Shown here in pieces: positions 26,025-36,704 of a stretch of DNA of 64,000 nt; position 1 is the stretch's first letter, and each line of letters starts with the position of its first letter. Made by a program: the position numbers and the translations under genes. The DNA is from Azolla caroliniana (taxonomy: Eukaryota > Plantae > Polypodiophyta). The stretch spans positions 7,874,001 to 7,938,000 of the forward strand of contig JBHGNT010000011.1 of the NCBI GenBank assembly GCA_043228905.1, written 5' to 3'. Below the pieces are notes generated by a model that was given only the letters and a program-made list of their open reading frames with translations, was not told where the DNA came from and made no database searches.

Positions 26025-29000
26025 ATGAATACTCAAATGGGAAGCGCTCTTCCTACCGAGAAGCTTGACAGAACGAGCTTTGCATCTTGGGAATATCAGA
26101 TGCATCAATATCTTGTTGGACAAGGCTACTGGAGCTACATCGAAGGAGCTCACGAATCACACCCCAACCCAACACATGCTGACTATCCCGCTTGGGAGCA
26201 GGCCACAAGCCATGTGTTGTATTGCCTTGCATCATGCGTTCATGATCATATGTTTGGCTACATTCGAGAGGCAAAAATGCCGAAGCAGGCATGGGAAAAC
26301 TTCAAGAAGATTTTCGCAGCCAATACAGCCCCATGAAAGCTCCAACTTCGACAGGAGCTGAACAATCTTCAACAAAGCAACATGTCAATCGGAAACTACA
26401 CCTTAAAGATTAAGGAGTTGTGTGATGCCCTTGGATCGATCAATACTAGCATTGACGATGAAGAAATGGTGTAGATATGCCTCGGTGGCTTAGCACCGCA
26501 ATTTGGCGCAATAAGATCGGCCGTTCTCACGAGAGAGGATCCTCCCTCCTTTTTTGATCTCCAATCGTTATTGCTGGTTGAAGAGAATCATGTGCATTAA
26601 AGGAACAACACACATGAAGGACAGATTCTATATTCGAACTTCGATGGAGGAAGAGGACACGGTTGCGGTAGGAGAGGCCTATACGGCTAAGGTCGACACA
26701 ATCAAAATCATAACTCCCACCAATGGCAAGCAGGCAGAAATGGCCCCAGAGAGTTTGGTGGAAGGGGGAGTCATTACACCGGACCAAACAACCGTAGGAA
26801 CCCAGTTGAGTGTGGGCACTGCGGAAAACCCGGCCACTACAAAGAGGAGTGTTGGAAGGAGATGCGTGAGCAAGGCCGACAACTAACAAATTACGCCACG
26901 AACTCTGACTACGGCGACTGCGGCAGAATGTTCATAATGAAGCACAAAACGCACTCAATGTCCGATCTTGTGTCAACTACCGCTTCTACTCCAAACAACG
27001 TATGGTTTGTCGATTCGGGAGCATCCAATCACATGACGTCCCATGAAGATTGGTTTTGGGAACTTCGAAAGCCTGAACGTCCCGGATATGTCGAAACAAG
27101 AGAGGACACGACTCACCCCATACAGCATATCGGGAACGTCCCATTCGGAAACGACGACAAATAGAACTACCTCAAGAACGTGCTCCATGTCCCCACCATT
27201 ACGAAAAACCTGGTCTCAGTTGGCCAGATTATCGAACAAGGAATGCAAGTACGCTTCAATAATGACAGATGCTTCATCGAAAAAGGCGATCAAGTCGTAG
27301 CAAAACGTAAAAATCACCATGTAGTAGAAGTTGCACGAACCATGATGAACGAGAAGAACCTACCGAAATCATATTGGGGAGAAGCGGCAAATACGACTGT
27401 ATATCTCATGAACAGGTGCACAACCTCAGAAGTACACGATATAACTCCGCATGAGAAGTTCTTCGGATGTCACATGTCACTACGCTTTTATGATGAAAGT
27501 AGCGTCAGTACGGGAACTGGAAATCTTTTCCGAAGCGGCAAAGGATCCGTGATGGGTCGACGGTATGAATGAGGAGATGGAAGCTTTATGCAAAAACGAG
27601 ACATCGGATTTCGTTCCTCTCCCCCCGAACAAGAAAGCAATTGGCTGCAGATGGATATAGAAAGTAAAATACAATGCCAACGGATCTGTAAATCGTTTCA
27701 AAGAATGGCTCATTGCGAAAGGCTACGCACAAACGTACGACATAGACTACGAAGAAACCTTTGCCCCGGTGGCAAAGATGACAACTGTGCGTACAGTAAT
27801 TTCACTTGCCGTAGTGAAGGGATGGCACCTCCAGCAGATGGACGTGAAAAATGCTTTCCTCGAAGGAGAGTTAGAAGAAGAGGTGTACATGATACAACCA
27901 CCCGGATTTGAATCGCGTAAGCATCCGCATGCCGTATGCCAACTCAAGAAGCCACTCTAGGGCCTCAAACAAGTACCGCGTGCTTGGCACTTGAAGATCA
28001 TGCACTATCTTCACCAAGTCGGATTTCGGATGTCAAAATCTGACACCTCTCTATACATCTGAAATGAGTCGGATAGCCTGATCATCGTCATCCTATACGT
28101 GGATGATTTGGTCATCAGAGGGAAGGATCTCGCCGAGATTAACGAAGTCAAATCACTTCTTTCCGGTAGATTAGAAATGAAAGACTTACAGGAGCTCCAT
28201 TACTTCCTAGGTATTGAAGTATTTTGGACACCAGTTGGAATAATGATCTCTCAACGACACTACATTCTCAACTTACTTTAGTTCAGAATGACCGAGTGGA
28301 AGCCTGTGTCTACCCCTCTTGATTGTAATCTCAAGATCCATGCCAATTCCGAAACCGTTGAGAGCGAGCTGACTCAGTATCGACAACTGATCGGTAGTTT
28401 GATCTATCTGACTTTTACGCAACCCAACCTTAGTTATTCGGTCGGCCTACCTAGCCAGTTTATGCAGAATCCACGAAATCTTCATCTGGACTGCACTAAG
28501 AGGATACTTCGGTATGTCAGTACGACGATGGACTACGACATTATGTACAAGAAGAATGCGATCACTCGACTCAAAGGGTACACAGAGGCGGACTGGGCAG
28601 GATATAAAGTGGACATGCGATCCACATCCGGATTCGTCTTCTCTCTTGGTAGCGGAGCGATCTCCTGGAGTAGTAAGAAGCAGCCGATAGTCGTACTGTC
28701 AGGCATAGAAGCCGAATACAGGGGCGCAACAGTTGCTGCATGCGAAGCCGTCTGGCTCAAACGCGTACTAAAGGATCTGGGTGTACCCATCAAGGATCCG
28801 ATTTGCCTATATTGCGACAACATGAGCAGTATCTACCTAGCGTGGAATCTCGTATTCCACACGCAGACTAAACATATCGAGGTCCACTACCACTTCATCC
28901 GCGAGTGCGTCTAGGCTGGAGAGATCGACGTACAACACATCAGTACGCACCTCCAGGTTGCTGATATTTTCACGAAATCTCTAGGCGTTGACAAGCTTGG

Positions 29001-29057
29001 GCAATTTGCATCGAACCTTGGTCTCACGACAACTACATTGCCGAGCTTTAGGGGGAG
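26025..29057 (+). pseudogene. pol: Degenerate copia gag-pol with internal deletions
   Basis: EKLDRTSFASWEY gag, WFVDSGASNHM, LPKSYW, YVDDLVI, ISWSSKKQ, KHIEVHYHF. PPT-like AGGGGGAG at 29050-29057. Confidence 0.88.
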
Positions 29058-29326
29058 CATAAAGCAATAAAGCCAGAATCCAATTCCTTAAACCGAAACA
29101 ATTTTTCGACAGATGAAAGTTGTGTTCGAAGGGGCGTGGAGAGAATCAAACTCAACTTCCCATAGATAGGTTTCACACTAGCTCATGGACATACCAGGCT
29201 AGTTTTGTAAATAGTAGAAAGGGGACTTGCCCTAGCTAAGTTGCTATTTAAACCAACCCCTTGTAACTTAGTTGTTGTTGGATGTCTTATGCTTTGATGT
29301 AATTTGGCTAATATACAGTTTTTTGG

Positions 29327-29359
29327 TTTAGGGTTTAGGGTTTAGGGTTTAGGGTTTAG
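29327..29359 (+). repeat. Interstitial plant telomeric repeat (TTTAGGG)4 plus a partial unit
   Basis: Read directly; followed by (CT)n, (CA)n and TTC-rich sequence. Confidence 0.92.
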
Positions 29360-29639
29360 TCTTAAGAGCTCTCTCTCTCTCTCACTCTGTCTTGACACAC
29401 ACACACACTCACTCATCTTCCACTACATTACAACCACTCTTGCCTCCTCATTTCTTTACTATCATCTTCTTCATTTCTTCATTCATTTCTTCTTCTTCCT
29501 TCTTCTCTTTTCTTCTTGTTTCTTTGATGGTTCTTCTTTGCCTCATTCCTCTTTTCCTTCTTTGCATCTATCTTCTCTTGACCTCCTCTCTCCTTCTGTC
29601 TGGTGGTCATCCGTCTCTGTCTGCTGGTCGTGGTGTCCA

Positions 29640-30520
29640 TCTCTCTGCCGAGTCGCCTCTATTGCCTGACCTCTATTTGGCTGTCTCGATTGGTTAGAGA
29701 TCTTCTCGGCTGTTTCTCTGTCATTCGGTCGACACTGGCTCTCAGGTTGACTGTCCTGCAATATCGGCCGGGTGGCCATGGCCGGGTCTGTTTGGGGCCA
29801 TCTCTCGGCCCTAGGCCAACATTTCTCGGCTGTACTCTCGGGTTTTATCTGCCATCGTGTCTCAATCGTCACTCGGCCATACTCTCGGCTGTGTCTCTCG
29901 CTCAACCATCTCTTGGCCATTGCGTAGATGGTTCTCGGCCAAATCTTGGCCGTGTCTCTTGCTCGGCCGTCTCTTGGCCATCACATAGATGGTTCTCTGC
30001 CAAATCTCGGTCATGGTTGGACTCTCGGCTTTTCAGCCGTGTCTTGGCCGCCGCTTAGCCAACACTCAACCGTTTCTTGGCCACATTTCAGCCGGTTCAT
30101 GGATGTGACATACTCTCAGCCTTTTCTCAGCCGTGTTGTACTCTCGGCCCTTTCTCGACTGTGGCTAGACCATCTCGTGGCTATCGCTCAACTTCTCGGC
30201 TGATTCTCTGGTTCACGGCCGCTTTCTCGGCTGTGCTTGGGCCGACTCTCAGGTTCTTGGCCGTGACTGGGCCATTTTGTGGTTGTCGCTCGGCTTCTTG
30301 GCCGATTCTCTGGTTCACGACCGCTTTCTCAGCCGTGCCTGGTTTTATTTGTGGCCGTTTTTGTTTCCAGTTGATTGTCAGATGCCGGTCGTCTTCATCC
30401 AGTGGTTGCCGAACCATCTGTAGGACCAGCCCTATCTAGTCGACTGTCTGGCTGTCTCAATTGGCTCGAGCTCTTCTCAACTGCTTTCCAAGCCGTCTCT
30501 TAGCCAACACTTGCTCGGTC
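29640..30520. repeat. Degenerate minisatellite built on TCTCGGCY / TCTTGGCC
   Basis: The motif recurs dozens of times at short irregular spacing. Confidence 0.65.
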
Positions 30521-31063
30521 TTCGCTCGGATTACATTTCTATTTTGTTCTCTTTCTCTTTTGCCTCCTCATATTCTTCCAACATGCTCCCAAATCCATTT
30601 TTCGTGAGTTGGAAAAGAACAAAATACTTCCTCTTCACGACTTCCACGTCTCCATGGCGATTCACTCCCATGACTATGTCTAGCGTCTTTTTGAAAGCCT
30701 CCATGTTTAACTTGGAGATCCACAGTGGAGAGAAGAAGGCTGAAGATGTAGACAAACAACATAGACAGACACCTAGAGACGTAGAGAGCTAAACACATAC
30801 AGACGAACTTTGGGGTGGCTAGGGTTTTTGGCAGAGAGAGTAACAAAAAGGGCCCTATCCATCAGGCCTTAGATACATTAGAAATAGAAGCAAGAGAAAT
30901 TTCCATTGCCATCGCAGATTGGCTCTCAATAGAGAGTCCATAAACACCACTTTCTAACACAAAGACACAAACACGTGGAGAAGGAGATAGAGAGATTAGT
31001 GATGGAGATGGAGAAGGAGAGAGACTTCTTCTCAAGGGGGGGTAGGCCGTAGGGCGTGCCATG

Positions 31064-31533
31064 TGTTGTCCGTGGCCCAAAATAGTAACATATGTGAATT
31101 GCAATAGGTATTAGGTAGTAGTAGGTAAACAACTGGAAGCAATCACAAGTAGCCAAATAAACACAGCTGTAAACGTGGAAGGAGCCAGGGAACATCTATA
31201 TAAGGAGCAACAGATCGAAGGAAGAAGAGAGAGACATATAGGAGAGAAGTCTGAGGTCATTACGTAATTAATCATGCTATAGTGTATCTGATACATTCCG
31301 GTAGATAGCCGTGTAACTGTAATCATTACTCATTCCGTAATCTAAACAATGTTTGGGTCTATGTTGTGTCATTGTTCGCCTTTAATAATTGTTAAGTAAC
31401 CTATCTCTCCCTATCGTGTATGCATAAGCCAAGGTTTTCTCATACGTAATCTGTAGGGTGTCATCCCATTTTGTAAAAGCGATGATTCCGGTCAAGAATC
31501 AAAGGTGTCGCCTCCGGAGAGGAAGGCAACACA
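31064..31533 (+). repeat. LTR of a Tat-like gypsy element
   Basis: TGTTG...GCAACA(CA), TATA CTATATAAG near 31196, followed by a tRNA-Arg PBS. Confidence 0.75.
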
Positions 31534-31536
31534 ATT

Positions 31537-31554
31537 TGGCACGCCCAGTGGGAC
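31537..31554 (+). promoter_or_regulatory. PBS complementary to the tRNA-Arg 3' end (Tat-type)
   Basis: TGGCACGCCCAGTGGGAC. The tRNA assignment is from recollection of plant tRNA-Arg(UCU). Confidence 0.8.
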
Positions 31555-31602
31555 GTATGTTTATGGTCGAATGTGAGGGGAGAGAGAGGGAGAGATGCAC
31601 AA

Positions 31603-31650
<48 letters not shown>

Positions 31651-31874
31651 GAGACAAACACGGTTTGAGGGTAACTTTGATATTTTTTTCCTTTTTTTCT
31701 ATGCCCCATGGGTGGGGTTTAAATAGCACAAGATGTGATCATTACAAAAAGCCGAATGGGTGTAGTTACACCTACTTACCCCACCTAACACTCACAAATT
31801 CACATTTCATATTACACCTTACACCCCACCTTCCACATTACACCTAACCCTCCTGTACACCTATACGGGTAACA

Positions 31875-32964
31875 TGATTTCCGGCTCGTTTGGAGCCCTC
31901 GGCATAGTGCGATTTCTGATGCCTTCCTGCGTCTCTTCCACTCGATCCAGCTTTGTCCGAATCGGCTCTCTTCTTCCAGCACTTGCTCTCCCTGTGGCCT
32001 TTCTTGCCATAGTACCAACATTCCGTCACGACCTTCTCTTGTTGGCTTTCGGCGCCGCTGTGACTCCCCCTGCTTTTGGACGGTTCGAAATTGCTTCCAG
32101 CATTTCGATTATGCTGCTCATTCTGCTCTTTTCGGCCGCCTCCATTGCGCGCCGATCCGCCTCGTCCGCCACGACTACGGGGCCTATCTTCCTCCGTATA
32201 CAACATCCTGTCGTCGGCGTGCGTACTCGTTGACGCACCCGCATGATTTTCTTCCATGAGCAACATCGACTAAAGCTGGAAGAACGAAGGCGTAATCTGC
32301 CTAGTGCAAACTGCCGTCTAGAACGCTTCAAACTTTGATACTAACCCACCAAGATAAACCTGCACCATTTCATCCTCCTCAATGTTCACATTGATGGAGG
32401 CGAGAGAGTCACAGATCTCCAGACAAATCTTTTTGTCAGACATTGCTGAGTTTCTGCCTGAGTTACAGCTTCCTGGCCTTTGTGCTAGCGACGAAAATCC
32501 GCTTGAGATTTGCCCACGCGTCCTTTGGCGTCTTAGTATCCAGAATGTTGCTCAAGAGCTGGTCACTCACACAGGATGCGATGCAGTAAAGAACTTTGCT
32601 TGCCGCTTGTTCCCAAGCCGAAAAATCTCTGTGTATCGATTCGAGTGCTGCATCATTAACTCCATCAACATAACTCCAATAACCATGACCAAGCAAATAC
32701 TAGTGCATCTTGTGCGACCAAGATGCGTAGTTACTCATGTCGAGCTTCTCAGTCGGTAGGGAGCTTCCCATTCCTCTGTCCTTTCCGAAAACAATAACTT
32801 AACTCTGTCTTTATCGCAAGCTTATCTGTCGACTGCATAGGAGTGTCAACCCTCGTGCTCTGATACTGTGTAAAAGAATACGTGTGCGGAAGCGTATGCG
32901 TAAGACACTGAGTACACGGTTCGGAGGTACGACGATAGTTCGGTAAAACACAGAAATCGCAAAG

Positions 32965-33005
<41 letters not shown>

Positions 33006-34305
33006 TAGATAGATTATATTATCGTCTTCGGAGGTCAAATATGACCTATGAGACCAAAAATATTACATTTCACGTGATATGTGTGAAAGTGAGTAGTGAC
33101 TCTCGATGTTCAAGAACTTTACCAATGAATGTTGCAATCGAGAGTGCACATTGTGGTTGTGAGAGGAATTCATGCAAAGATTGGGCTCGATCGAAGAGAT
33201 GTGTAAAGCATGGTCGAATATGATCAAAGGTAGAGCATTGTATCAAAGTGTGATACTCAGACTCGCGAACTTGTTTAGGGCAAAGTGCGCATAACCGACC
33301 ACTCTCATCACTTGTACCCCAACGCCCTGTTTCACATCGCAATGCATGTGAGCTAAGTCGCATGGAAGCAATGGTTCGAATGGAAGATAACGGTATGGGC
33401 TCTAACATGTATGGATGTGTACGATTTCCCCGTTCCGCGAAGAATATGGTTTTGTAGTTAGGTGCAACATGTGTAGTATAATGTGTGAAGCGTGAGCCTC
33501 CACATTTGTCCCATGTCATGATACATTGGCGTTGCAAAAATGCCTCATTTACAGAGGAATCTAATGATGCATCATGAAGCAAGTGTCTCGCATCCCATCT
33601 ACCAAACCATTTTTCTATATCTTGCATCCAACTGGAACACAAAATTTTGCTTTTATGCGTCTTTTGGATCTTTTTGCTTGCTTCCCACGCAATTCTAGGA
33701 AGTCGATGTGAGGGACTTTTTTGAACCTTAAGCATGTATTCAACAACCCTTTCCATGGTCATGATCTCAATGGGAAGCGATCTCGTCTCAAGGAGGAGGA
33801 GGGTGTAGGGCGTTTGTTTCTTAACTTGTAGAAACTTGGTAAGAAAATGCTTTTGGACATTTTCAAACTCTTTCCACATAGATTTAGGGATGCTACCGCC
33901 CCATACTTCCACCCCATAGAGAAGAACCGGTGTCACCAAAGTGTCGAAAAGATATTTCTTGAGAGAGAGAGAGAGAGATAGAGAGAGAGCAGAAATGTAA
34001 CTATATTAAAAAATAATTCTCTATGTATTCTCTGTACATACTTGGTGCTCAGTGAGCACCTTTTATACAAGCCTTGACCATCGGGCTGACACAAGTACTT
34101 ACAGTACCTGACCGCTCATAAATGAGCATCCTACACTTACCCCCAAAATTATTCCTTGCATGGAATAACATTCTAATAGCCTCTCGGTTTACATACCGCT
34201 ATGGTCATATTTTGCATACGGTTTTACACACCCAGTCTATGCACTGGGTTACGCACTAGGTTCCACACCTGTTTATGCACCCAACGTTGAGCTTGTCTCT
34301 CAACA
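31875..34305 (-). mobile_element. 5' part of a copia element (LTR 32869-34305 split by a LINE, decayed Met PBS, gag)
   Basis: PBS remnant GCTCTGATAC at 32857-32866 on +; gag GHGYWSYVDG and CWYYGKKGH..C; LTR terminus GCTTGTCTCTCAACA. Confidence 0.8.
33002..33960 (-). mobile_element. 5'-truncated RTEX-like LINE with an intact 3' end, inserted in (GA)n
   Basis: ORF 33070-33939: LLYGVEVWG, RLSSHALRCETGRW, CALC..E.EYH..IQC finger. Short 3' UTR, (ATCT)n tail, (GA)n on both sides. Confidence 0.88.
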
Positions 34306-35773
34306 TTCTTCGTGGTGACCGATTTTTCCGCAATATCCGCATTCGACCGAGTTTTGTCGGCTCGGACCGAAATGGAAGCTCCCCCTTCTTCCGAAGGTTC
34401 CTCGATGGCTTCCATCTTGATGCCGAAATTGGGAGTTGTTTTCGTAGGTTAGACCCCGTCCGCGTTGTCCCTGGCTGAATCGGCCTCTTCTTGCACGGTC
34501 GTGTCCTCTTCCTCTGTCCGAGTGTGAGTAAAGCATGTGATGTGGCCTTCCGAGGCGTTGCTCCTTGTTCGAACATGGTTTTCTTCGACCAACAACATGG
34601 ACTGAAGATTGAAGAAAGAGGGTGGATTCTCCCGTGCTAGTACGAGGGTCCTCATCTCGCCGAACAATGGTGCAAGGCCGCTTAGGCATATTTGCACCAT
34701 CTCATCATCATCTACATTGACACTTATTGAACTGAGTGAGTCACAAAGATCCTTGATCTTCAAGGTGTAGCTTGTGATGGACAAATCCCTTTGTTGGATG
34801 TTGTTCAACTCTTGGCAGAGTTGAAGCTTTCTCGTGGTTGTGTTGGCGTCAAAAATCTTTCATACATTCTCCCACACTTCCTTTGGCGTCTCGGCTTCTC
34901 GAATGTAGCCGAGCATGTGGTTGTGAACACATGTCGCCAAGCAATACATCACTCGGCTTGCGGCTTGCTCCCATGTTGAGTATTCGCTGTCGTTCCGGTC
35001 AGGTCGATTTTCTTGTGCTCCTTTGATGTAGCTCCAATAGCCTTGTCCAACAAGGTATTGGTGCATCTTGTACTCCCAAGATGCAAAGTTGCTTCGATCT
35101 AGCGTCTCGTTAGGGAGAGCGCTCCCCATTTGAGTATTCATTGTCGATGAAGATTTCTTTTTTCTTTTCTTTTCCTTCTCTCTCGAATACGAGCTATGTA
35201 GTCGTACTACGATAGCGATGGACCGGTTCTTCTCGAATGTCGGCGTAGAACACAATGCATGAGGATGGGCTAGATCGAGCTACCAAACCGCTCTGATACC
35301 ATGTAAAGAATCGGATATGATTCTTGTGTAGCGGAAGAGATGTGTGTTATGAATGAGAGAAAAGAGAGAAGAGAAGAGAAACACAAGATAGATAAGCTAG
35401 AGAAATGAAATACTCAAGAAGAAGAAGATGTATATTCACAAGTAAAATAGCAAATACAAAATGTAGCATTACAAGGAGTCACAACCGACTTAATATGAAG
35501 TATGAACATTGAGGAGGGTGCTTTATACATAGTCACCCTCTCTCTTCATTAACTAAGTACAACAACCACTCTCTCTTGGAGAATGTGAAGACTCATAGTC
35601 ATGGGGAATATGTAACTCATCAGTTATGTGTTATAGAATATGATTCTATGACACATAGTTAATGTGTAGAGAGTTGTGGCTTGACTCTTGACCTTTGAGT
35701 AATCATAGATTCTCAAAAGGTGTGTTCACACATTGCACTATGTTGAGCTCGATGTATATGTTCTGACATGACA
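34306..35773 (-). mobile_element. gag: Copia 5' LTR (35302-35773), Met PBS and gag; repeated at +4242 and +8484
   Basis: GCTCTGATACCA at 35290-35301; MNTQMGSALP..LDRSNFASWEY; knuckle CGYCGKIGH cut by the LTR ending at 34305. Confidence 0.85.
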
Positions 35774-36257
35774 GTTTCAGGTCATATTTGTAAATAATCC
35801 TAAAGTTATATGAGTATAAATATAACTAGGGCAAAAATGTTCAAAATGGTGCGTCATCATTATTGTTGTACAAATAGAGAGAGACAAAGCAAGCGAGAGA
35901 GAAACAGAAAACATTTTCTGTTGTAACCGCCAGTCAGCGGAGACATAGAGTTGGATGTCATTGCCTCTCAATCTCGCATTGTAGCTTTCCTCTCATAGCG
36001 ATAGTTGGGGTCTGTGGGCTCCCGTGGTTTTACCCGATTAGGTTTTTCCACGTTAATATTCGGTGTTGTCTCATTCTGTGCAAGTGCATTAATCTTCATT
36101 TCCATTTTGTTTCTTCCATAGAGTGCTTAAGACTCGATTGTGCCTGAGCACTATTCTGCACAATCTGGTATCAGAGCATGGAAGATCCATTCGGCAGCAT
36201 GTTCAAGCTCACTGGCTCCAACTACCCAGTGTGGAAGTGGAAGATGAGGGACATGTT

Positions 36258-36704
36258 TGTTACGGGCATGACCAAATCCGTGGTGAGAATTTACCGTAGT
36301 ATTCTATACACTGGATAAGTGTGAGGGTTAAACGAGAGTGTAAAGAAGGGGAGGATTTTACTTTTAATCCTCAGGAATGAGGCAACCCATTAGGCCAAGT
36401 GTGAACTTGCCTGGGGGGCTTGGGTATCACTATAAATATGAGGCCTAGCTACCCTTATTTCATCATATCTTGACTACGTCGAGACTCTATTTCGTGGTAG
36501 GTCAACTCTTGTAGCGAGCGCACCAGCACCAGGTATGACTCGACACCACGGAGGTGGTATAGGACGCCGATTGAGGCTCGAGTCCATCTCGATCCCTTCG
36601 CTCGGGGGTGGTCGGGTGGATCGACACCCTTCTTTCTCTCTCTCCTTTCTATCTATCTATCTTTTATCCTTATCATATGCTTACTTTAGATCATAACTCT
36701 AATA
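36258..36704. mobile_element. Solo LTR with 5-bp TSD ATGTT (also 40500-40946 and 44742-45188)
   Basis: TGTTA...TAATA (CA mutated to TA) with ATGTT on both sides. Removing it restores gag MRDMLVVTDLW. Confidence 0.85.

Noticed and set aside
29640-30520. CRISPR-like array or real ORFs
   Set aside because: The repeats are short, degenerate and lack spacers, the context is eukaryotic, and the ORFs are low-complexity.
31558-31874. Solo LTR with (GA)n
   Set aside because: It has TG...CA ends but no TSD and no second copy in the window, so it is left uncalled.
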